A stretch of 64,000 bases of DNA from Blastocladiella emersonii ATCC 22665 (taxonomy: Eukaryota > Fungi > Blastocladiomycota): NCBI GenBank assembly GCA_025594325.1, contig JANHCV010000007.1, positions 1,116,001 through 1,180,000 of the forward strand, read 5' to 3'. The position numbers and the translations under genes were made by a program. Below are positions 1 through 11,392 of this stretch, in pieces. Positions within the stretch are counted from its first letter, which is position 1. Each line of letters begins with the position of its first letter. The notes under the pieces were generated by a model, which was given only the letters and a program-made list of their open reading frames with translations, searched no databases and was not told the origin of the DNA.

Positions 1-655
1 CCTTGTCGCACTTGGTGTACCCGAGCACGTTGGCCATGTTGAGCGAGAGTGCGACGGCGGTGATGCAGAACCACGACGGGTGAAGGATCTGGAGGACCGC
101 GAACACGGCCCACACGCCCGAGAAGGCGTACAGCGTGGTCCAGAAGACGCCCGCGTCGGCCGGGTTGGGCTGGTTGTTCTACACGATTTCCGCAGCGTGT
201 CAGTGCTGCCCACATCGTTTGTCCCGCGAAGACGTACCTCGCGCGACTCGAACACCCACTTGGTCGCGCCGTCCTCGCTGACCTCGTTCCACCACCGCAG
301 GCCGACGAGCAGGCGGCCCGACACGTTCTTGACGGTCCAGAAGTCGAAGGCGAGGAACAGCACGCACAGGACAAAGACCAGGATGAAGTTGTCGGTCACG
401 TAGTACCCGAGCAGGTACGTCAGCAGCGCCGCGGTGCGGAACAGCAGGTGGAAGAAGAGCGCGACCGGGTGGCTATTCACACGGCACTGTCAGGTCAGCG
501 CGCTGGTGTGGTATCGCGGCGGAGCAAAGTGTCGCTGTCTACCTGCTTCGCTCGAACATGGTCTGCTGGCGCGCGGGCTCGCCGGGGGCTCCGGGCGGCG
601 AACCACCGCCGGCTGCCGCGGGCGCCGGCGTCATGGAGCCCATGGCACCCGACAT
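1..655 (-). CDS. TVP23: Golgi membrane protein TVP23 (DUF846), 3' end runs off the window
   Basis: Spliced by hand: exons 655-543, 472-238, 178-<1 with GT..AG introns. Protein contains HPVALFFHLLFR, FDFWTVKNVSGRLLVGLRWWNEV and ANVLGYTKCD, typical of TVP23. Confidence 0.92.
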
Positions 656-875
656 GTCGACGCGTGTTTCTGCCATGGTGTATTCGATGCGTTGCAGTGA
701 CTGGTGGGCCGCTCACGGCAGTGGATACGTTGCAGTCAAGCGGGGGCGGAGAGAGCGCGACCGTCACGCGTGCGCCGAGTCGCGTCGCTTCCGCGCGTCG
801 TGTGGTCGCGCTTCCTTGCCCTCGCCGACCGACCGACCCCTCCTCACGCATGGACGTGGCCGTCAAGATACAAGT

Positions 876-2476
876 TTACTCTGAATCAAAATCAATCGGC
901 GCGGGCGGCTCGCCAATCTCCTTGCTATACATCTTGCGCCCGCCCATCTCGAGCAAGTCGACGAGCTCGGGGAACTGCGCGAGGACGCTCTTCCCCGCGT
1001 CGCTACCGACCTCGGCGTCCGGGTCGCGCGCCCAGTCCACGTTGTCGACGACCCACGCCTCGACCGCATCCACATCAAACTCGGACTCGGCCGAGAGGAC
1101 CGGGTTGCCGTAGGTCGACGACACCTCGCCGGCCGTCCTCGAATGCCCGCGCTGGAGATCCGCCGCGAGCCAGAGCCCGAAATGCTCCATCTGCCCACCG
1201 AACCCGATCCCGCTCGGCAGCGTGGCGGCGCCCGCGTTCGCGTACACGTAGTGCGCGTTGCGGCCCGTCGGCCGGTACACGCGGATCCGGCCCGGGTGCA
1301 GCACGCACACGAGCCCGGGGTCGCCGCGCGAACCCGGACTGATGAGCTGCCACGGGTGCAGGTCCGCGTCGCCGAGGAACCGCGGGCCGAGCGGGAGCGG
1401 CGCCGCCGCGGTGTAACCCGCGAACACGTGCCCGCGGGCGTCGCGGATAACGAGCAGCGTGGCCGCGGCCGACAGCGACCGCACGGTGCCCTTGACGAGC
1501 CCCGCGACGAGCGCGGACCACGAGGCCCCGTCGCGCGCCGACGAGAAGGCGAGGCGCCACTCGACGCGCGCGGGCGGCGGGAGCGACGCGGCCACGGCCA
1601 GGATGTGGTGCGGCTGCAGGAGGAGCTGGGTCGGCGCGGCGCCCAGCAGGTCGAGGCGCGGGAGCACGCGGCCGGCAAGGCGATCGTTGAGGAGAGAGGG
1701 GAGCACGGGCGCCGGGTCGGTGCGCAGGTACGGCCGCGTGATGTACATGGCGAAAACCTGCGCGAGCGTCGGTACGAGCTGGCGCACCGCGGCGCGGTCG
1801 GGCGAGCGGAGCGCCCAGTCGAGCAGCGAGTCGGGGACGACCACGGGTTTCGGGCGGCACTGCGCGTTGGCGAACGTCGCGAGGTGTTCAGCGGGTGCTG
1901 GCGGTGGTGGCGCGAGCTCCTTGCTCCGCAGCGCGGGCGGCAGTGGGAGCCGGTCGTCGACGGGCGGCGGAGCGGGCGACGCGACACCGGCGCACGTGCG
2001 GTACAGCGGGTACCACGCGAGGAGGTTGACAATGAGAAGCGCGTCGTCGCGCTGCGCGCCATCAAAGTGCTCGAGCTCCTTTTCGAGCGCGCGGTCGAGG
2101 TACCCGCCGTGGATGAGGTGCGTCGCCTGCACGACGAGGCGGTCGAACTGCGCGCCGCCGCGGTTCGGGAGCTTGATTTTCTGGAACAGCGCGGCGATCT
2201 GCACGACACTCGCGGTGATGGCATTGGCCACGGCCTTTGCTGCGTCGACGCGCAGGTCCGCGGTGGGTGGGAGTTCGGCGACTGTGACGACGGCCTAGCG
2301 GGGGGCGGTGTGTCAGCGAGGTTATGGCACCGAGCTCGTCGCGAGCGGCATACGACAAAGTCGGCGACCGTGGCGAGCCTGCCCTGCGCAATCAGCGCGC
2401 GGAGGTTGGCCTCCTCCTCGGGGCGCAGCGGCGCGACGGGCGGGACGGCCGGCTGCGACGCGATTGTGTTGCCCAT
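876..2476 (-). CDS. TLDc-domain protein (Rtc5/MEAK7-like), probably N-myristoylated
   Basis: Exons 2476-2354 and 2294-876 (513 aa). Starts MGNTIAS. C-terminal TLDc motifs WRLAFSSARDGASW, LVIRDARGHVFAGY, GIGFGG, LWLAADLQRGHS, STYGNPVLS, FDVDAVEAW. Confidence 0.85.
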
Positions 2477-2668
2477 GGTTACTCTGTCTGTTACATGCAC
2501 GCTGAGCGTTTGGAGGGAGCGAGGAGGGATGAGCGACGCGCCGAGCGCTGCGAAGCGAAGCGGCCCGAGCCACCGCGCACGTGAGCGCCGCCGATCGCGG
2601 CAGCCCGCTGTTTGCCGGTGCGAGACGCTGATGTCTCTCACTCCCCTCTCATCAACAACCCGCAAACC

Positions 2669-4856
2669 ATGTATACACTCCGCCACCGCGCGCACGGTGC
2701 ACTGCGGGCGACGCTGGCGCACGCGCGGCACTTTTCGCGGACGCGTCCCGCGCACGGCATCGTCACGTCCGCCGACCGGCACCCGCACTACGACGTGGTT
2801 GTGGTCGGCGGCGGGCACGCGGGGTGCGAGGCCGCTGCCGCCGCTGCACGCATTGGCGCGCGGACCCTGCTCCTGACCCAACGCACCGCGACGGTCGGCG
2901 AGCTGTCGTGCAACCCGGCCATGGGCGGCGTCGGCAAGGGCGTGCTGATGCGCGAGGTGGACGCGCTCGACGGCGTGTGCGGGCGCGTCGCCGACCTCGC
3001 GGGGATCCAGTTCCGCGTGCTCAACCGCCGCAAGGGGCCCGCCGTCTGGGGCCCGCGCGCTCAGGTCGACCGCGACCTGTACCGGAGGCACATGCAGGAG
3101 ATTTTGTTCGATTACCCGAACCTGTCGGTGCTCGAGGGGTCTGTCGAGGACCTCGTGCTCGACGAGCCGAGCGCCGGGGCCGCGGCGGCGGGCGTGCAGC
3201 AGGTGGTGCGCGGGATCAAGCTCGGTACGCCTTTTGAGCAGGACTGCAATCCCCGCGGGAAACTGACCCACATTCGTAGCTGACGGCACCACCATCCCGT
3301 GCCCGAGCGTCGTCCTCGCCACGGGCACCTTTCTCGGCGGCGAGATCCACATCGGCATGGAGTCGTACCCTGCGGGCCGCATGGGGGACCAGCCGTCGAT
3401 CGGGCTCTCACACACGCTGCGTCGCGCCGGGTTCGCGCTGGGCCGGCTCAAAACGGGCACGCCCGCGCGGTTAAGTCGCAAAACCATCGACTTCTCGTCG
3501 CTCATCGAGCAGCACGGCGACGCCGACCCGATGCCGTTCAGCTACCTGCATGACTCGGTGCCGCACGCCGACCGCCAGATCACCTGCTTCCAGACGTACA
3601 CGACGCCCGCAACCCATCAATTCATCCGCGACCACCTGCATACCACCTTCCACATCCGCGAGATGGTCAAGGGCCCGCGGTACTGCCCGTCGATCGAGGC
3701 CAAGATCCTGCGCTTCGCCGACAAGGACCGCCACATGATCTGGCTCGAGCCCGAGGGTCTGGAGACCGACAGCGTGTACCCGAACGGGATCAGCAACTCG
3801 CTGCCCGCGGACCACCAGCTGACGATGCTGCGCACGGTCCCCGGACTCGAACGCGTCGAGATGCTGCGCCCCGCGTACGGCGTCGAGTACGACCACGTCG
3901 ACCCGCGCGAGCTGCTCCCGACGCTGCAAACGCGCCGCATCGCCGGCCTGTTCCTCAGCGGCCAGATCAACGGGACCACGGGGTACGAGGAAGCCGCGGG
4001 CCAGGGCGTCGTCGCGGGCGCCAATGCCGCGCTCGCGGCCGCCACGTCGAGCACCCCTGGCGCGACAACGCGCGCCCTGACCTTGGGCCGCGGCGACGCG
4101 TACATTGGCGTCCTCGTCGACGACCTGACGACCAAGGGCGTCTCGGAACCGTACCGCGTGTTCACGTCGCGGTCCGAGTACCGCCTGCACCTGCGCAGCG
4201 ACAACGCCGACGCGCGGCTGACGCGATGCGGCGCGGACGTCGGGCTCGTGTCCGCGGCCCGCCTGCGCGTGCTCGACGCGTTTGACGCCCGCGTCGCCGC
4301 CGCACGCGCCGTGCTCGAGGCCGACGTCCGGTCCCCCGAAGCGTGGAACTCCGCAGGCATCTCCTCAAAGCTCGACGGCGTGCGGCGGTCCGCGTGGACC
4401 GTGCTCGGGTACCCGGGCGTCACGCTCGACGCGGTGCTGCCTGGCGCGGCGAACGCGATGCCGCAGCGCGTGCGCGACCGGCTCGCGACCGAGGCGCTGT
4501 ACGCGCCGTACCTCGCGCACCAGGAGCGCGAGATCGCGCAGTACCGGCGCGAGGTCGACCGCGCGATCCCGGCGGATTTGGACTATGCGAGCGTGCACCC
4601 GCTCAACCTCGAGGAGCGCGAGCGGTTGACGCGGACTCGGCCCGCGAGTGTGCATGCGCTCAAGAGCATGGAGGGGGTACGTTGCGATGCGGGTGCGCGT
4701 GTGTGAGGGGTCAGGGACGCTGGACTGACGCGCGTGCGTGTGTAGATCAACCCGTCAACGATCGTCACGGTGCTCAAGCACATCACGCTGCACCAGCAGC
4801 AGCAGAAGGCGGCGGCGGCGGCCGCGGACGCGGCGGGAGAAGCCTTGGTTGCGTGA
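2669..4856 (+). CDS. MTO1: Mitochondrial tRNA uridine 5-carboxymethylaminomethyl modification enzyme (GidA/MnmG family)
   Basis: Arg-rich presequence, then [70 protein letters not shown]. Introns at about 3226-3280 and 4678-4745. Confidence 0.96.
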
Positions 4857-4901
4857 GGGAGACGATGAGATCCAATTTTGCACATACACTGACCCTACTA
4901 C

Positions 4902-5414
4902 TCATGACACCATGCCGCCGGCGACGCCGTCCATGTTCTCGAGCGGGGCGACCTGGTCGAGCGGGCGCGGGGTCAGGTAGTCGTCGGTGTGCTTGCGGGC
5001 CTCCTCGACCTCGATGGCGAGCTCGACGACCATTTGCCAGTCCTCGTGGAAGTTTTCTATCGCGCAAATCGTTACGATCCTCATCCTTCGAGTCTGCCGC
5101 AACGCAAACGCACCCATAACACACGTCTTGAACTCATGCAACGCGTTCTCGAGCTCGCCGAGCGACAGGTAGCAGTACGCCAGCAGGTGCCGGCCCGAGG
5201 TCAGGGCGTTGGGCAGGTTGACGTACTGCTGCAGGCAGACGAGGGCGCGCGAGTAGGCGCCGAGCTGGTAGAACTCCTTGCCGACCTTCAAGATGTCGGC
5301 GAGCTCGGGCGGGTGGCCGAGCCGCCGCGTGAACCACTCGACCATCTCCTCGCGCGTCATCACGGGGCTGAACGACTCAAAGTCATCGTATTCGCTGGCC
5401 ACGGTGGTCGGCAT
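4902..5414 (-). CDS. Small helical protein with one TPR-like hairpin, function unknown
   Basis: Strongly GC3-biased ORF with a 57-nt GT..AG intron (5113-5057), giving 151 aa. GKEFYQLGAYSRALVCLQQY..GRHLLAYCYLSLGELENALHEFK has TPR-like spacing. Confidence 0.7.
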   Translation of the reverse strand: MPTTVASEYDDFESFSPVMTREEMVEWFTRRLGHPPELADILKVGKEFYQLGAYSRALVCLQQYVNLPNALTSGRHLLAYCYLSLGELENALHEFKTCVMGAFALRQTRRMRIVTICAIENFHEDWQMVVELAIEVEEARKHTDDYLTPRPLDQVAPLENMDGVAGGMVS

Positions 5415-5569
5415 GCTGGGTTCATTGAGGTTGCATTAGGTGGTTACCGCAAACGAGAGGGGAGGGGAGGGGTGATGGGAAGAGAGGGAATGGGCGACGC
5501 GTCGCGACGCGTCGCGCCGCGGCACGTGGGACCGCGGACCTTACCGCGAGCGACGACGGCGACGACGGC

Positions 5570-6424
5570 TTACCAGACGTAGGGCACAAGGCGCCACCGC
5601 GTCGCGACATGCGCGTCCCAGGCACCCCCGAAATGCTCGCGCAGGGCGACCTCCTCGTCGACGATGCGGAGGTGCGCCGCGCCAAAGACAGCGGCGCACA
5701 CGGCGAGGAACCGGAGCCCGCGGAACCCCATGAAGAAGGCGTAGGCGAGCCCGGCGACGATGAGCCCCGTGTAGCTCGGGTGGATGAGGCGCGCGTAGGG
5801 CCCGGTGCCGATCAGCTTGTGCTCGTCAAAGATGCGCACCGTGTACGTGAAGTGGTCGGCGAGCGTCTCGAACGCCCAAATGCGCAGGTACGCGCCCGCG
5901 AACACGAGGACCGACGCGATGAACTCGTTGGCGTGCAGCGGCTGGTACAGCGGCGTGGCCCCGCGCGTGTACCCGAGGACCGCGCCGCGCAGGCGCGTCA
6001 GGAACGCCGACAGCGGCGCGAGCGGCGGGAAGTACGCCGGGACCAGGTGCAGCGGCACCACGTACGCGGCGACGAACAGCGCGAGCAGCGCCGTCCACGC
6101 GGCCAGGATCCGCTGCAGCTTGGTGTCGTCGACAAACGAGTCCTTGACCTCGGCGCCCGCCGCCGCGGCGGCATCGGCGTCCGGGAACGCCGTGGGCGGC
6201 GGCAGCGTCACCTTGAGCAGGAACATGGTCAGGACCAGCGCGAACATCAGCTTGAGCGGCTCGAACTTGATGGGCCACTCGGGCTTGCCCTTCTTGGTCT
6301 TTGGGCCGCCGCCGTAGCTGCCCGCCGGGTCGTCGAACCGGTACGGGTCGTCACCGGCCTTGGGCGCGGACGAGGATGGCGATGGGTCGCGTGCGGGCGC
6401 GCGGTTGCGCAGAGTTGATGACAT
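5570..6424 (-). CDS. ICMT/PEMT-family integral membrane methyltransferase
   Basis: Several hydrophobic segments; C-terminal LRIWAFETLADHFT..HKLIGTGPYARLIHPSYTG..RIVDEEVALREHFG..RLVPYVW matches the ICMT/Ste14-superfamily signature. Confidence 0.8.
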   Translation of the reverse strand: MSSTLRNRAPARDPSPSSSAPKAGDDPYRFDDPAGSYGGGPKTKKGKPEWPIKFEPLKLMFALVLTMFLLKVTLPPPTAFPDADAAAAAGAEVKDSFVDDTKLQRILAAWTALLALFVAAYVVPLHLVPAYFPPLAPLSAFLTRLRGAVLGYTRGATPLYQPLHANEFIASVLVFAGAYLRIWAFETLADHFTYTVRIFDEHKLIGTGPYARLIHPSYTGLIVAGLAYAFFMGFRGLRFLAVCAAVFGAAHLRIVDEEVALREHFGGAWDAHVATRWRLVPYVW

Positions 6425-7153
6425 GTTGATGACGGGGATGATACGTTGCGTGATTCGAAAGCGGGAGCGAGGGTTCCGCGAACTGAAAGCGAGAGGTGGC
6501 GGGCGGGGCGGCCCGAGCCGTCGGTCATTCGGCGTGATCACGCGTCGCGGTCAGTGGTGCCAGCGTGGCGGCCGCTGCTGAGCCACCCGCCCCTCGCCGA
6601 GGCCGCAGCGACATAGTCGACGCGTCCATCTTGGCGGGAGCGGGCGCGCAAGCAGGCGGACGATGAACGACGCGTCCCGCGGCACTCGGCAGCCGAGCCC
6701 ACGCGTCGACGCCGCTCAAGTGACGCCATGATACACCGCGTGAGGACCACATCGGCCGTTCGCCCCAATCCCTGGGCACGGTGACGCGCGGGAGCGCGGA
6801 AGAGCGGGAACCGGATCGCGCGAACGTGTTCTGGAAGCGCGCGCGCACGTGAGGCCGGGCTTCCATGGGGTCACGCGGGAGACATGTGCGCCGTTGTCTC
6901 CTCTCGTCGCCGTCCCGCGTCCGTCCGCGCGTATTACCGCCCGTATCATCACGGGAGCAACGCCACCTCTCGAATCGCTGCCGTCGCCTTCACCAGATCC
7001 GCACGCAGAGTCGCCGCGGAGAGTAGAAAACGTGCGCGGTCCCTGCCCGACCACCGACCACCGCCAGCCACACCGACTCGCGCGGCACGCACGCCCTCGG
7101 CCCGCCTTGGCTCCGCAACCCCCCTTCTCCTTCTCGAACAGCTCCCCCGCGTG

Positions 7154-7159
7154 TATAAA
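7154..7159 (+). promoter_or_regulatory. Candidate TATA box of the P-type ATPase gene
   Basis: TATAAA in otherwise GC-rich DNA, about 110 bp upstream of the ATG at 7266, followed by a pyrimidine-rich leader. Confidence 0.5.
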
Positions 7160-7265
7160 GTCGAGGCGCTCCCCCCTCGCTCCCTGCAGTGCGTTTCCCC
7201 TCTCTCGCTCTCCCGCCCCCGCTCGCCCTCGGCTGATCCGGTCCAGCTACCCGCCCCCACAGTCT

Positions 7266-10200
7266 ATGGCACACAACCAAGCCCTTCTGGCCCATGCTGC
7301 TCCCCATGAAGTCGTCTCGCTGAGGGCCATTGACGGCAAGGCCTCGTACGTCTGCTCTCGGTGTGCATGATCCGCCCGAACCGACCTCGGCTCACCACGC
7401 GCCGTCCGCACCCTCCCAGAATCGAGCACCTCGTCTCGATCCACGTCCAGGACCTGTTCGACATCGCCTCCAACAATGAGGTGACGGCGGGCGAGGTGCT
7501 CGCGGGCCTGCGGTACCTGATGGTGTACCGCATCAAGGGCGGCAAGATGCCGTCGCTCGACGCCGAGATCATGAAGCGGCTCGCCGAGTCGCTGCTGCTC
7601 AACATGGGCCACAAGGCCGGCAGCCAGCTGCTCGCCAAGCGCCTGACGGTCGAGGCCAACGAGGCCTTCTGCCTCTTCGTCGAGTTCCTCGAGGAGATCG
7701 AGGAGTTCCGCCTCGCCGTCGCCCAGAAACCCGCCGCCGACCTGCGCCACCACCTGCGCGTCCACAAGCGCGCCCGCCAGAACGCCGGCAAGGAGGTGCA
7801 GCAGCTCGCCGTGCGCCTGCTGCGCCTCATGCCGTCCGTCTCGCCGCAGTTTGCCGACTGGAAGGACCTGGTCGTCGTCGACGCACACAAGGACGTCGAG
7901 CGCGTCCTCGCCGACTTCGCCGACATGCCCGTCCCGCAGGTCGCCCCCTCAAAAGACCGCCTGTTCCCGCCGCCCGACCTCTACTTTGACCGCACCGTCA
8001 AGAAGCTGCTGTACATGTTCAAGACCAGCGCCGACAACGGGCTCGACGCGGCTGCGGTCCCCGCCCTCATGGAGCACTACGGCAAGAACGAGCTGCCCGC
8101 CCCACCGAAACCGTCGGTCCCCAAGATGCTGTTCGCGCAGCTCACCGACTTCATGGTCGTGATCCTGATCCTCGCCGCCATTGTCGAGTTCGCCATCGGC
8201 GAGCCCGACCCCGGAATCGTGCTCATGGTCGTCGTCGTCCTCAACGTCATCATCGGCTTCACCCAGGAGATGCAGGCCAACAAGGCCCTCGAGGCCCTCT
8301 CGTCCCTCTCGGTCCCGACCGCCAAGGTCCTCCGCGACGGCAAGACCGAGGAGGTCGACGCGCGCCACCTCGTCCCCGGCGACGTGGTCGTCCTCGAGGA
8401 GGGCGACGCGGTCCCCGCCGACCTCCGCATCATCGAGTCGGCGCAGCTCGAGATCGTCGAGGCCATTCTGACGGGCGAGCCCCTCGGCGTCCTCAAGGTC
8501 CCCGACGCGATCCGCTCGTCGACGCGCCGCATGCCGCTCGGCGACTGCCGCGGCAACGCGTTCATGGCGACGCTCGTCCAGCGCGGCCGCGGCAAGGGCA
8601 TCGTGGTGCGCACCGGGCTCAAGACCGAGGTCGGCAAGATCTCGTCGGCCATCACGGCGACGCCGCACGTCGAGACCCCGATCCAGCGCAAGCTCGCGAC
8701 GCTCGGCAAGATCCTCGTCGCGCTCTCGTTCATCCTGTGCGCCATCGTCGTCGTCATCGGCCTCGCCTACAAGCGCGGCCTGTCGCAGATGATCAAGGTC
8801 GGTATCTCGCTCGCCGTCTCGGTCATCCCCGAGGGTCTCGTCGCCGTCGTCACCGTCACCATGGCCCTCGGCGTCCGCCGCATGGCGCAGCAGCAGGCCA
8901 TCGTCCGCAAGCTGCCGTCCGTGGAGACGCTCGGGTCGGTCACCGTCATCTGCTCGGACAAGACGGGCACGCTGACCGAGGGTAAGATGGGCACCGAGGA
9001 GGCGTGGACCGTGGACGGGACCAGCTACGCGTTCACCGAGTCGACCAAGCTCGACCCGGCCGTCGGCGGGCTCGTCGACCGCACCCGCGGCGGCAACGTG
9101 CCCGTCCCCAAGGACGCGGTCGCGCCGCACATGAAGCTCGCCATGCTCGCGGCGGCCCTGTGCAACAACGCGGCCGTGCAGCAGAACGCCGAGGACGGGA
9201 CGTGGAAGTCGGTCGGCGACTCGACCGAGGTCGCCATGATCGTCGCCTCCCAAAAGCTCGGGCTCGGCGCCGCGCAGTGGGCCGCGCAGGGCTGGAAGCG
9301 CCGCGGCGAGAACGCGTTTGACTCGGACCGCAAGGTCATGTCGGTCGTCTACGAGCTCGCCGGCCAGGGCTTCGTGCTCGCCAAGGGCGCCCCCGAGAAC
9401 GTCCTGCAGCGGTGCACCGGGTACGTGACGGCGTACGCGGGCGGCGTCGACATCGAGACGCGCCCGATTTCGGGCCCCGACGCGCAGATCGTCGCCGACA
9501 TTTCCGCGGCGTCGGCCGAAATGGCGTCCAAGGGCCTGCGCGTCCTCGGTCTCGCGGTGCGCAAGTGCGACGCGGCGGTGGACGTGACGACGCTCGAGTG
9601 CGAGTGGCAGTTTGTCGGTCTCCTCGGCCTCATTGACCCGCCGCGCAAGGGCGTCCGCGAGAGCGTCGCGTCGTGCAAGCGCGCCGGGATCAAGGTCATC
9701 ATGATCACGGGCGACCACATTGCGACGGCCACGGCGATTGCGACGCAGCTCGGGATCCTCGACCCGGCCGACCCCAACGCTTCGCGCGCGATCCGCGGTG
9801 CGGAGCTCGACATGCTGTCGGACGAGCAGATCGCGGCGCTGCGCCCGTTCCCGAGCGTGTTCGCACGCGTCTCGCCCGACAACAAGCTCAAGATCGTCCA
9901 GGCGCTGCAGCGCGCCGGCCAGCTCGCGGCCATGACGGGCGACGGCGTCAACGACGCGCCCGCCATCAAGGCGGCCAACGTCGGCGTCGCCATGGGGATT
10001 GCGGGTACCGAGATCACCAAGCAGGCGGCCGACGTGGTGCTCGCCAACGACAACTTCACCACGATCGTCGCGGCCGTCGCCGAGGGCCGCCGCGTGTTCG
10101 ACAACATCCAGAAGTTCATTGTGTACCTGCTGTCGTGCAACTCGGCCGAGATCTGGCTCATGCTGCTGTCGGCGGCGGTCGACCGCGACCTGCCGTTCAC

Positions 10201-10969
10201 GACGATCGTGATCCTGTTCGCCAACATCATCGCCGACGTGCCGCCCGCCATGGCGATCGGCGTCGAGCTGCCCGAGCTCGACATCATGGACCGCCCGCCG
10301 CGCAACCCCAAGGCGCGCGTCATCGACTTCACGGCCGGCGTCTCGATCATCGTGCAGGGCCTGTCCATGTCGCTCATCACGTTCGGGCTGTACATATCCG
10401 AGGTCGGCGACGCGCGCGCCGAGGTCGACGAGAAAGGGCACGAGTCCATTGTGCCGCCGCAGCTCGTCAAGGCGCGCACCGAGGCGTTCGCCCTGCTCAC
10501 GCTGATGCAGCTGTTCCAGGGGTTCATCAGCCGGTCCACGACGCAGTCGCTGCTGCGCATCGGGCTCATTGGCAACCGGTGGATGGTCGCGGGCGTCCTC
10601 TTCTCGCTCGTCTGCCTCGTCCTCGGATTCTACATCCCCGCGTTCGCCGACTGGCTCGGCCTCGAGGCCCTCGACGGCATGATGTGGGTTAAGGTCCTCG
10701 TCGGGCTCGCCATCCACGTCGCCGTCACCGAGATCATGAAGTTCGGGCTCCGGTTCCGCAACCGCCGCAAGCGCGCCGCCAAGGGGCTGCCCGGTCCCGC
10801 GCCTGCGGCGACGGACTCGCAGGGCACCGTCGAGTCGGCCCACCATCACGACTCGTCCACGACGGCCGCGGCGCCCGCGTCGCCCGCCACCAAGAAGGAC
10901 TACCACGAGGTGCCCACGGCGACGCAGATCGAGCCCGACCGCGCGGCGCCCGCGACGCTCATCAACTAG
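7266..10969 (+). CDS. P-type II cation-transporting ATPase (SPCA/PMR1- or ENA-like) with long N-terminal extension
   Basis: Exon 7266-7345, intron 7346-7419, then one long exon. Motifs TGEP, IPEGL, DKTGTLT (phospho-Asp), [22 protein letters not shown], and the expected TM segments. Confidence 0.95.
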
Positions 10970-11392
10970 GCGTTCGCCAAACTCTATTAACCTGTCCCCT
11001 CTCTTGCCGCGGCTGTTTGCTAGAAATACACACACTCTCGCTTCCTTGTCTCCGCATCTGATGGTCCCTTGTGAGAGTCCGGCCGTGCGTGTCTCGCACC
11101 GCGCGCGATGAACGACGCGTGCCCGGGTGCGAGACGCGCGGCGGGACTTGCCCCACGCGGCAGGCCCGTGTGGCGAAACCCGTGCCGCGGCGCGCGCCAG
11201 CTCGCGCAGCAGCAGCAGCAGGCACGGCATAACCTTGTCGGTCCGCGGGCGGCAGGACGGCGCGGGCGAGGAGGGCGCGAATTCGCTGTCCGCACGCAGC
11301 AAGGCGAGAGAGCATTGCAGCACCAGCACCGTCGCTATGGACGCGTCGTGCTCTCCTCCTCTCCGCGCACCGACACGCACACGAACGACACC

